NCBI GenBank assembly: GCA_049964715.1
Contig: JBMFXB010000007.1
Coordinates: 4,698-68,697 of the forward strand
Length of the DNA: 64,000 nucleotides
Direction: 5' to 3'
From: Candidatus Dormibacteria bacterium
GTDB lineage: Bacteria; Chloroflexota; Dormibacteria; Aeolococcales; Aeolococcaceae
Below, one piece after another: positions 8,306-16,972 of the stretch (positions within the stretch are counted from its first letter, which is position 1; the number at the start of each line of letters is the position of its first letter). Below the pieces are notes generated by a model, which did no database searches, had not been told where the DNA came from, and saw nothing but the letters and a program-made list of their open reading frames with translations. Both the position numbers and the translations under genes were made by a program.

Positions 8306-9247
8306 TCAGTGGCTGAACTCGGCAAACACCTTGATAAGTGCTGGCCCAAGCAACACGACAAAGAGCGTTGGAAAAATGCAAAACACCATCGGGAGCAGCA
8401 TCTTGATAGGCGCCTTCTGTCCAGCCTCTTCTGCCCGCTGACGTCTACGTCTTCGTATCTCTTCAGATTGAATGCGAAGTACGTTTGCAATACCGACACC
8501 CAGCTGTTCAGACTGGACAATGGCCTGTATGAACGTATTGAGTTCTTCAACATTCGAGCGAATACCCATGTCACTGAGTGCTTCATGCCGTGGGCGTCCG
8601 AGTCGAATTTCGGATAGTACCCTTGCAAACTCGTTTGAAAGGGCATTGTGGTACTTGTCTGTAACTCGAGCAAGGGCAGCATCAAAACCGAGGCCAGCCT
8701 CAACGCTAATGGTCAAGAGATCAAGTGCACTTGGAAGGGCAAGCACGAGTTCGCGCTTGCGTTTGTTCACTGAGACATTGAGCATGAGGGTAGGGAGAAG
8801 GTAGCCAAAGATGCCAAACCCTAACGTGCCGATGAAGACAAGTGAGAAGCCGTATGTCGCGACTGTGAGCCAGAGAGTGAGTAATAGGCCAATCAATGCC
8901 AACACGACGAAGGAGATCATTTGAAGGACAAAGAAACTTGCTGCATTGAGCCCAGCAGGCCTGCCAGCAAGGATCAGTCGGTCCTCGAGGATTGTCTGAC
9001 GGGCTGCTGGTGTGACACGGGCTGTCCAATTCGCCAACCGTTCAAGTGGTGGACGTATGACCCGGTCGAAAAATGACAACGACAGTTCCACTTCGGAGAG
9101 GTTCGTGACTACATGACCGCTTGCATTGAACTGGGCAAGGCGAGCTTCGATGATGTCTGATTGAGATCCCTGGTGGAGATTTGATCCGAGCCCAAGGACT
9201 ATGAGGAGGATCGCGACTCCACCAACAAGTGCAGCAAGAAGAGCCAT
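8306..9247 (-). CDS. tadC: Tad pilus inner-membrane platform protein TadC (T2SS F family)
   Basis: LPSALDLLTISVEAGLGFDAAL and AEEAGQKAPIKMLLPMVFCIFP. It lies immediately downstream of tadB. Confidence 0.93.
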   Translation of the reverse strand: MALLAALVGGVAILLIVLGLGSNLHQGSQSDIIEARLAQFNASGHVVTNLSEVELSLSFFDRVIRPPLERLANWTARVTPAARQTILEDRLILAGRPAGLNAASFFVLQMISFVVLALIGLLLTLWLTVATYGFSLVFIGTLGFGIFGYLLPTLMLNVSVNKRKRELVLALPSALDLLTISVEAGLGFDAALARVTDKYHNALSNEFARVLSEIRLGRPRHEALSDMGIRSNVEELNTFIQAIVQSEQLGVGIANVLRIQSEEIRRRRRQRAEEAGQKAPIKMLLPMVFCIFPTLFVVLLGPALIKVFAEFSH

Positions 9248-9252
9248 AGAGC

Positions 9253-10275
9253 CTATACCTCAATCTTCACAATACGCTGGATTATTCCAAATCCAACGAG
9301 AATTGCAAAAATGGAAATGCCACTGAGTATCCATCCAAAGGTTGTGGAGACAAGTGGGGTAAAGTATGAAGGTTCGATGAAGTACAGAAGCACTGCTACA
9401 CCAATGGGAAGTGCAGTGATGATATATCCGGAAGTTCGAGCCTGGGCAGTGAGAGTGCGGATCTCACCTTCAATACGAACTCGCTCCCGGATGGTGAATG
9501 CAATGGTATCGAGGATCTCTGCGAGATTACCACCAACGACACGCTGAATCTGGACAGCAGTTACCATGAGGTCAAAGTCTTCAGACTGGTTACGGTCCAC
9601 CATATGCTGGAGTGCTTCATCCACGTTTATTCCAAGTGCAATTTCTCGTGTCGCTCGTGCAAATTCATCCCCAATTGGGGGAGAGGAGGACTGAGCAACG
9701 GTACTTACAGACTGTGTGAACGAATATCCTGCCCGTAACGCATTGCTCAAAAGCATCATCGTGTCACCGAGTTGCCTATTGAATGCAGAGAGCCTTCGAG
9801 ACTGACGAATTCTGAGGTAGATCTGGCTACTGATGAGTGCAACGATTATCCCAATGGGAAGGGGAAGAATATTGCTGACACGAACACTGAAAAGTAGTCC
9901 CACAACTGCACCAACGATCACGATGAGGGTTAGCCATTCAGCAGGTTTGATGCGGAGATCTGCACGCGAGAGCTGTTCTGTCAGGTGCGATGTTGCAGTG
10001 GACCGTGAAAGTACTCTGTTCAGACTGCGAAAAAGTCCAGTAAGTGGAGATCGATTGCGATTATCGTCCATCTCGGGAGAACTTGTGGATTGGAGATTTT
10101 GATTTCCGTTAAATCGATTGAGTCTGTTGAGAACATCGTCACCCTGTGATGTAGGGGAGATGATGAACGCAGTCAGCGACATGATTGCAATGAACGCAAG
10201 GAGCGCACTGAGTACAGCGAGAGGCTGGAGTGTCATAGCTCCAACGAACATGCTGATCACTGCTTCATGCAACAT
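9253..10275 (-). CDS. tadB: Tad pilus inner-membrane platform protein TadB (T2SS F family)
   Basis: LSNALRAGYSF, QRVVGGNLAEILD, RERVRIEGEIRTLTAQAR and the C-terminal IVKIEV. Confidence 0.93.
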   Translation of the reverse strand: MLHEAVISMFVGAMTLQPLAVLSALLAFIAIMSLTAFIISPTSQGDDVLNRLNRFNGNQNLQSTSSPEMDDNRNRSPLTGLFRSLNRVLSRSTATSHLTEQLSRADLRIKPAEWLTLIVIVGAVVGLLFSVRVSNILPLPIGIIVALISSQIYLRIRQSRRLSAFNRQLGDTMMLLSNALRAGYSFTQSVSTVAQSSSPPIGDEFARATREIALGINVDEALQHMVDRNQSEDFDLMVTAVQIQRVVGGNLAEILDTIAFTIRERVRIEGEIRTLTAQARTSGYIITALPIGVAVLLYFIEPSYFTPLVSTTFGWILSGISIFAILVGFGIIQRIVKIEV

Positions 10276-10293
10276 GCTGGATTCTCTCCGGTC

Positions 10294-11148
10294 TTACTGT
10301 CCACTGTTAAACATTTGCTCGATCTGTGCTGGTGTGACTGGCGGATCAGTTACCTGTGGCACAGTCGAATTTGCTGCAGTAGAGCTTTCGTAGTTTGGCT
10401 TCGTGGGCGTGCCATACTCGGTTGCAGGACGTATCACGTACTTGATTGCAACTGGAATATATGTGTTTGTTGAAGCTGTGCCAGTGTGAGTTACGAGCCA
10501 TGTGAGTTGTTCTGCCACACCGCGCGGAACCTGCACTATATACACACTTGGAGCTGCATTGCCACTTCCCTGAACTCCCACACACAGTACTTGGATGTCC
10601 TGAAACAGGTAGCGTACATTTCCATGCCCATCATCAGCAATGATGTCGATATGGTCGCCTGGTTGGATGTAGTAGCCAACACTCATGAGGTCTGCGCTCA
10701 CGCCAGTGAGATTGCCCTCACCTTGACCACCTGCTGGAATGGCAAGAGCAACAGTGCCCTTGGCAAGGATCTGTGGAATATTCTGGCAAGCTGTGGTACC
10801 AGATACTGCAGCTGACTGGTTGGTACTGCTGAGGATCATGCTTTGCGTGAGGATCGTATGGGCACTTGCATTGGAGACAAGTGCCTTCCCGACTATTTGC
10901 GTGGGATCAGTGAGGGCATCGGCAGGAACGAGTGACTGGGGTTCACTCGCGATAGTAACCTGCTGTGAAGTAACGCTTGATCCTGCAGAAATGGTCTGGG
11001 TTGCAACGAGGACATTCACTGAAGGACCATACTTGTTGCTTGTACCTTGGGATACTGCATACCAGATCAATGCAGCAGCGATGACAGCACACAGCACCCC
11101 TAATATCAGGAACACCTTTGAGTTGGACTTGTTCGCTGGAATACTCAC
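10294..11148 (-). CDS. cpaB: Flp pilus assembly protein CpaB/RcpC
   Basis: N-terminal TM anchor, SAF-like VLVATQTISAG and RcpC-like GYYIQPGDHIDII...LFQDIQVLCVG. Confidence 0.88.
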   Translation of the reverse strand: MSIPANKSNSKVFLILGVLCAVIAAALIWYAVSQGTSNKYGPSVNVLVATQTISAGSSVTSQQVTIASEPQSLVPADALTDPTQIVGKALVSNASAHTILTQSMILSSTNQSAAVSGTTACQNIPQILAKGTVALAIPAGGQGEGNLTGVSADLMSVGYYIQPGDHIDIIADDGHGNVRYLFQDIQVLCVGVQGSGNAAPSVYIVQVPRGVAEQLTWLVTHTGTASTNTYIPVAIKYVIRPATEYGTPTKPNYESSTAANSTVPQVTDPPVTPAQIEQMFNSGQ

Positions 11149-11276
11149 TCTGCTTCCTCCGTCGATGAGTGTTGTGGGGCTGAAGTAGTCAATCTACTGT
11201 GGGACTGTCCTGCATGGACAGGTGTCACTACGTACTGTACAGGAGTGCGGGATTTTAGTGCACGTCGAATTCGTGC

Positions 11277-12605
11277 TCATTCAAGTCTTCCAGTGGTTCG
11301 TGCCTTCATTAAGAGTTCTAGGATATCTTCACGATGTGGGGCAAGCGTGGAGATCTTTCGATACATCCGGAGTGCTTCCTGCGTGTCTCCCCTGAGACGC
11401 ATGATATGCGCTGCACGTTCGAGGTAGCTCACAGCAGTATTCATGTCCTGGTAGTCAATACACGCATCAGCAAGGCGAGACAGAGCAGGTAGGTGGAGAG
11501 GATCCGCCTTCATGGCTGCAAGGTAGCAGTTGAGTGCTGCGTGCTTCTTCTTGAGTGCTCTGCAGCGATCTCCAGTGTCGAGTGCTAGCTCTGCAACCTG
11601 TGTCCCGCCTGTCTGGAGAGCAACATGCTGGAGTATCGATGCAGCAATGTCGCAGTGTTTTTGCTGGATATGCTTCTCAATCTCACTGCGGAGTCCATGC
11701 AAGGCTGCTTGCTCGTCAGCTGCCTGTTCCCGTTCAGTAAGTTCATGCACTGATTCAAGCTTGCCATCGTATGAACGGATATTCCATGAGCTCTGGTTAA
11801 TGGGGTTCCCAACTGTTGACGTGGGGACAGATGCTGTGGGAGCCTTCGCTCCAAGAGCTCCAGTGACAGGAGATTTTTCGTTCTTCTCTTCACGGATTGG
11901 TACTTCGGATTGTGTTGCTGGGGAAGGGTGCGTTGTCTTCAATGCAGGAGCTTGAGTAGGCGTGGTCGGCGGGGGTGGTGTATATGTTTCCTTGTGGGGA
12001 GCAGTTGCCTTTCCGGTAGTTTCCGTCACTTCCATACCTTCAGCACCTGAAACGGGGATATCGAGATCGTTTGGATGAGCAAGATGAAAACCGTTCCTGA
12101 GACTCACAAGATTCTCGTCCTTTTGACGGGATAGTTCCTCGTTTGCAGGGTTAGCTTTGAGGTGGGGAAGAAGTGCTTCCTCGACTGGAGGTGGTGCGGG
12201 TGGCGCTGGAGCAGGTGGAGTGGGGGCTGAATCCCGAGAGATTGTTTCCTCGATGCCTATCATTTCGGAGCTTCCTGGGGCATTCTCTTTTGAAGACACT
12301 GCATCAATAGCAAGAAGGTACTCAAACAGTGACTTGAGGAGTGCCTTACTTACGCTAATGGCCTTTCCATGCTCGCCATGATCCTCAAGGTATCGTTGGG
12401 CATGGCTCACTGCATCTGTAAGGTGTTCCTCATCAAGATGGTGTGCTTTGATGCATTTGTCGATTTCCTTGTCAAGGAATGCGGGAAAACCATCCAGATT
12501 GTCTGCCTGGGTGCGTGCAATCTGGGTCCAGCTGTCCCGGAGATTTCGTAAGAACTGCTCGTTAAGAGACACGAATGCTCTTCTCCCTGTGGGTGTGAGC
12601 CTCAT
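11277..12605 (-). CDS. Hypothetical cytoplasmic protein: helical (RsbRD_N-like) N-terminus, Pro-rich linker, C-terminal TPR-like repeats
   Basis: 442-aa ORF upstream of cpaB on the same strand, with TPR-like ALNCYLAAMKADPLHLPALSRLA...EALRMYRKISTLAP. Confidence 0.72.
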   Translation of the reverse strand: MRLTPTGRRAFVSLNEQFLRNLRDSWTQIARTQADNLDGFPAFLDKEIDKCIKAHHLDEEHLTDAVSHAQRYLEDHGEHGKAISVSKALLKSLFEYLLAIDAVSSKENAPGSSEMIGIEETISRDSAPTPPAPAPPAPPPVEEALLPHLKANPANEELSRQKDENLVSLRNGFHLAHPNDLDIPVSGAEGMEVTETTGKATAPHKETYTPPPPTTPTQAPALKTTHPSPATQSEVPIREEKNEKSPVTGALGAKAPTASVPTSTVGNPINQSSWNIRSYDGKLESVHELTEREQAADEQAALHGLRSEIEKHIQQKHCDIAASILQHVALQTGGTQVAELALDTGDRCRALKKKHAALNCYLAAMKADPLHLPALSRLADACIDYQDMNTAVSYLERAAHIMRLRGDTQEALRMYRKISTLAPHREDILELLMKARTTGRLE

Positions 12606-12843
12606 ATCGAGGTGTTCGTGGGCCTAGCGCAATGATAGGGTGGCATGACGTTCATGGCAACAATCGTCAATGAACTGTAATATGTCACGATCGTGTGGCG
12701 ATGTCGTCACACATTCTCCAAGGGATGCAATACGTGACACGCTGGGATCAGTCGTGCTGAGGGATGGTGCACGCTGCTTTTTGTCAGATCAGTTTGGAGC
12801 CGCATCGGAATATGCATAGAGGACATACCAGAGTACGCATCAC

Positions 12844-14586
12844 ATGAAGAAGGTTCACACGGTGCCATCAGGCTACGAGCAGGAAGTGCATGGTGAAGTC
12901 GCGACGATGATCGTCGACGAAGTTGGCATTATCGAACATGCCAATGAACATCTGCTTCGGCTTGGGGGGTGGGATCTTAAGATGCTCGTAGGGAAGGTTT
13001 GGTATGACGCACTTGTCCCAGTGAATGTACGTATGTCCGTTGCACAGCGGTTTGGATTTATCGTGAATGTGCGAAATGAACCCCACTATGTTGAAGCACC
13101 GCTCATTACACCAAATGGACAGCAGCGCATCATTGCATGGACCTTTACGGCCCAGCATGAGACTGATCTCGAACCATTCCGGTGGAGGGCTGTAGGAATT
13201 GATGTCACACACTGGATCAAGGAGCGGGATCTCCTTGTTGCGCGTATCGACTATGAGACTGTCCATGATCCACTGACTGGACTCATGAATGGAGTGACGT
13301 TTCGCGGCATGGTTGATACTCTCATTCGTAGTGCAATCGAACGTGAAGAAATCGTTGGTGTCATTCTTCTCAATATCGACAGGTTTCGCTCCATTGATGA
13401 GATAGCTGGGCGGGAAATAGGTGATTCCCTTCTCTTCGAGGTTGCCCAGCGGATCAAGCGGTGTCGTGGCAATGACATTATTGCGAGGTGGGGTGGTGAC
13501 GAATTCACCATTGCAGTCTCTGGCATTCGCACAAAGGAGGAAGTGGAAGCTGCAGCACGCCACATTGCAGAGCATATCCACTCCCCGTACCATATCGACG
13601 GTCGTTCATTTCATCTGCACACACGAATTGGTCTTTCAGTTGCCCCGCATGATGGTGCCCGGGCTGATGATCTCATGCAGCATGTGAGCGTTGCAGTTGA
13701 TGTTGCAAAGACACTTCGCGGTGATCATATTGTCTCCTTTTCTGAAGCTCTTGGCCGGCAGATTGAGGAACAGGTTGTACTTGAACAGGAACTTCATGGT
13801 GCAATTGAGCGGGGTGAAATTGTTGTTGTCTACCAAGCCCAGGTTGATGCTGTCACACGTGAGGTTGTTGGAGTCGAGGCACTTGCCAGGTGGTACCATT
13901 CCCGACTTGGCGAGATCAGTCCCACGGTCTTCATACCTATAGCAGAAGGAATTGGTCTCATTCGGACATTGGGACTGCACATCCTGCGTGAGTCACTTCT
14001 TCAGGCCAAACAGTGGAGAGAAATGGGATACCCTCCGTTTCGCATGGCTGTGAACATCTCTCCGCGGCAACTTGGCCATCCGACATTCGTACATGATGTC
14101 TTTGCACTTCTTGCCACAACAGACACTGATCCACGATTTCTTGAACTGGAGCTTACGGAAAGTGCTGTCATGGAGGACATGGAGTCTGCGACAGAAGTGC
14201 TCCAGTCGCTTGCAAGGTCTGGTATCTCGATTGCACTTGATGATTTTGGTACTGGATATTCATGTCTTGCCTATCTGGATCAGCTTCAGGTAAGTACAAT
14301 CAAGCTCGACCGTATCTTTCTCCGCTCCTCATCTCATGCAAAGGATCCAAATGCATTACTCCGAGGACTTATTGCACTTGGAAAGGCTCTCGACCTTCGC
14401 ATTGTTGCTGAGGGAGTTGAAAATGAGGAACATATTGCAAGGCTCGATCATGAGGGTGCAGATGTATATCAGGGATTTTTCTTCTCCCGTCCACTCACTG
14501 TCGATGAGGTAACACGACTCCTTGATCAATACGGTGTGAAGTCCGAGTTTGACAAGGAAACACCTCTCACTGAGAACGATAATTGA
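12844..14586 (+). CDS. PAS-GGDEF-EAL c-di-GMP metabolising protein (probably a phosphodiesterase)
   Basis: PAS/PAC, RxxD (RGND), RWGGDEF, VEALARW, ELTES, DDFGTGYS and AEGVE. Confidence 0.93.
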   Translation: MKKVHTVPSGYEQEVHGEVATMIVDEVGIIEHANEHLLRLGGWDLKMLVGKVWYDALVPVNVRMSVAQRFGFIVNVRNEPHYVEAPLITPNGQQRIIAWTFTAQHETDLEPFRWRAVGIDVTHWIKERDLLVARIDYETVHDPLTGLMNGVTFRGMVDTLIRSAIEREEIVGVILLNIDRFRSIDEIAGREIGDSLLFEVAQRIKRCRGNDIIARWGGDEFTIAVSGIRTKEEVEAAARHIAEHIHSPYHIDGRSFHLHTRIGLSVAPHDGARADDLMQHVSVAVDVAKTLRGDHIVSFSEALGRQIEEQVVLEQELHGAIERGEIVVVYQAQVDAVTREVVGVEALARWYHSRLGEISPTVFIPIAEGIGLIRTLGLHILRESLLQAKQWREMGYPPFRMAVNISPRQLGHPTFVHDVFALLATTDTDPRFLELELTESAVMEDMESATEVLQSLARSGISIALDDFGTGYSCLAYLDQLQVSTIKLDRIFLRSSSHAKDPNALLRGLIALGKALDLRIVAEGVENEEHIARLDHEGADVYQGFFFSRPLTVDEVTRLLDQYGVKSEFDKETPLTENDN

Positions 14587-14667
14587 CTTGTGGTTGCTAT
14601 GCTGAGTGAGGGGAATGATCCCTTCTGCCCGGCATTCCAGCCAGGTGGGTGTGTGAGTGCAGCAAGT

Positions 14668-15555
14668 ATGGACATCATAGAAGTCGAAAACGTCCGGAAG
14701 GCATATGGCGACAACGAAGCCGTAGCAGGTGTAAGCCTGCGAGTTGGTGAAGGGGAAGTTGTTGCACTTCTCGGTCCAAATGGGGCAGGAAAGACAACGA
14801 CAGTGGAGATCCTAGAGGGGTACCGGAAGCGTGATAGCGGACGAGTATCCGTACTTGGGATGGATCCCTGGCATGCTGGTAATTCGTTCCGATCGAAAGT
14901 GGGTCTTGTCCTTCAAGAATGTGCTCTTCCACCAGGTCTCACTGTACGTGAGCTTCTAACCTTGTACGCAGCGTATTACGAGCATGCACTCGCTCCACGT
15001 GAGGTGCTTGAGCTTGTTGGACTGGAGGGAGTTGAAAATACCCGAGTGCGGAAGTTATCTGGAGGACAACAGCGTCGTATTGATCTTGCACTCGCACTCA
15101 TTGGAGATCCCTCGCTCATTTTCCTCGATGAGCCAACAACTGGATTTGATCCTGGCGCCAGGCGTTCAGCCTGGGACATTGTGAAAGGGATGCAAGCTAT
15201 CGGGAAGACTGTTGTGCTCACTACCCATTACATGGAGGAGGCGTACGCACTTGCCAACAGGCTGTACATCATTACAAAGGGAAGAGTCGTCGAGGAGGGA
15301 ACACCAGATGCAATCATTCAACGTTCCCGCCGGAGGACAAGAATAACTTTTTCACAGGTAGAGAAGCATGAACTCCCACGAGTAGAGGGGGATGTTTATG
15401 TAGACGGATCATCTGTAACTGTGGAGACTGAAACTCCTCTCACTGCACTCCATGCGCTCACAGCATGGGCAATCACGAACACTGTGACTGTCGAGAATCT
15501 TGAAGTGAAAAATCCCTCCCTTGAGGATGTCTATCTGGAGCTGACCAATGCATAA
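14668..15555 (+). CDS. ABC exporter ATP-binding subunit (DrrA/NodI-like)
   Basis: GPNGAGKTT, LSGGQQ, FLDEPT and TTHYMEEA. The likely start is MDIIEV at 14668. Confidence 0.93.
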   Translation: MDIIEVENVRKAYGDNEAVAGVSLRVGEGEVVALLGPNGAGKTTTVEILEGYRKRDSGRVSVLGMDPWHAGNSFRSKVGLVLQECALPPGLTVRELLTLYAAYYEHALAPREVLELVGLEGVENTRVRKLSGGQQRRIDLALALIGDPSLIFLDEPTTGFDPGARRSAWDIVKGMQAIGKTVVLTTHYMEEAYALANRLYIITKGRVVEEGTPDAIIQRSRRRTRITFSQVEKHELPRVEGDVYVDGSSVTVETETPLTALHALTAWAITNTVTVENLEVKNPSLEDVYLELTNA

Positions 15556-16318
15556 TCTCCGAAAGCTTCTTCGCCAGATTCAGTTTGAGCAGCGTGCATT
15601 TTGGCGCAATCCAGCAAGTGCAGTCTTCACTTTTGTCTTTCCCGTCATCATTCTGGTTGTTCTCGGGAATGTCAATTCGCATGCACACTTTCATGTAGGA
15701 GCGCATACATATTCGTACGATGACTATCTCGCACCTTCAATGTCCACATATGGGATTATTTCGGCGACATTTGTCTCACTTGCCATGATTCTTTCGATTC
15801 GGAGAGATTCAGGGGTGCTGAAGAGGTTTCAGGGAACGCCTCTTGGATCGACAATGTTTATCGTATCGATCCTCATCTCATCACTCATCAATGTCATCAT
15901 CATGATGATTCTCACCATAGGTCTTGGCATGATTTCACTTGGAGTACATTTCCCTGCCAATGCGCTCCTGACCATACTCATAATGCTATTCGGTGCAGTG
16001 TGCTTTGCCAGTCTTGGAGTTGCAATGGCTGCTCTCATTCCAAATTCTGATGCTGCACCAGCAATTGTGAATGGCATTTTCTTTCCCATTGCGTTCATCT
16101 CAGGTATTTTTTTCCCTATCAGCGGGACAACACTTCTGGGTCGTATAGGAAATATCTTTCCTATCAGCCATTACGCAACAGCTGTATTTGATGCGTACAA
16201 TCCGATTGGCACTGCTCCATCAGTTGCCGGATCTGATCTGCTTATCCTTGGAGTCTGGGGAGTGATAGGAATCCTTGTCGCTATCCGACGGTTCAAATGG
16301 GAGCCATCACGAAGGTAG
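15548..16318 (+). CDS. ABC-2 type exporter permease
   Basis: About 6 TM segments, FWRNP..FFTFVFP and RRDSGVLKRFQGTP. It overlaps the ATPase stop codon. Confidence 0.9.
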   Translation: MHNLRKLLRQIQFEQRAFWRNPASAVFTFVFPVIILVVLGNVNSHAHFHVGAHTYSYDDYLAPSMSTYGIISATFVSLAMILSIRRDSGVLKRFQGTPLGSTMFIVSILISSLINVIIMMILTIGLGMISLGVHFPANALLTILIMLFGAVCFASLGVAMAALIPNSDAAPAIVNGIFFPIAFISGIFFPISGTTLLGRIGNIFPISHYATAVFDAYNPIGTAPSVAGSDLLILGVWGVIGILVAIRRFKWEPSRR

Positions 16319-16321
16319 AGG

Positions 16322-16972
16322 TCACTTTGTTGATGTACTGGCAATGGCAGAGGTCTCGATTCGCATAGTGATGTTCGCAGCAATTGTTGCAGCATCAGTG
16401 ATGCCATTTCCGTCGTAACGTTGACGAACGTAGAGAATTTCTATAATGTTCGACATTCTCCAGAGAATAGTGTATTGAAGAACAATGACGCGCTCGCTCG
16501 TTGGCGTCACTCGACTCTGCACTGTGGCAAGTGCCTCATCGCCAATTGGTCCTGGAGAGACTTGCTGACTGGTTGGCACTGCCTGGAGCCAGTTTCCCTC
16601 AAGCGAGTAGGCCTGGGAAGCTGCAGAAGCTGTGGGAAACTGTTCTGCATATGAAATGACATCAAGTGGGCCGTTGGAAAAGAGGATGTCGGGTACTGGC
16701 CGAAAATAGTGTGCCATTGCTGTGCTCTTGAGCTGCAACGTGCTGAGCTTTGCTGCCCTCGTAATAGTGACAAACGGGATGGATGTGCTCTTTACGAGAG
16801 CTGGTGCTGAGGTAATCGTAAAACCAGCTGCATCAAGATCAGAGAGCTGAGCTGTGTACTGTTCTGCACCATGGTGATACGAAAGAGATGGAGTGGATGT
16901 TGTGCCACAAGCAGCAAGTACAAGTGCACAGACAGCTATCCAGAACCATGCCAGTCCCCTACCTCCTCTCAT
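16322..16972 (-). CDS. Putative lipoprotein co-transcribed with a MacB/FtsX-type ABC system
   Basis: Signal peptide with lipobox LAAC. A 4-nt overlap with the upstream permease. Confidence 0.7.
   Translation of the reverse strand: MRGGRGLAWFWIAVCALVLAACGTTSTPSLSYHHGAEQYTAQLSDLDAAGFTITSAPALVKSTSIPFVTITRAAKLSTLQLKSTAMAHYFRPVPDILFSNGPLDVISYAEQFPTASAASQAYSLEGNWLQAVPTSQQVSPGPIGDEALATVQSRVTPTSERVIVLQYTILWRMSNIIEILYVRQRYDGNGITDAATIAANITMRIETSAIASTSTK

Noticed and set aside
11277-12605. Calling the TPR protein TadD
   Set aside because: It has no lipoprotein signal, has a different architecture, and no secretin is present for it to chaperone.
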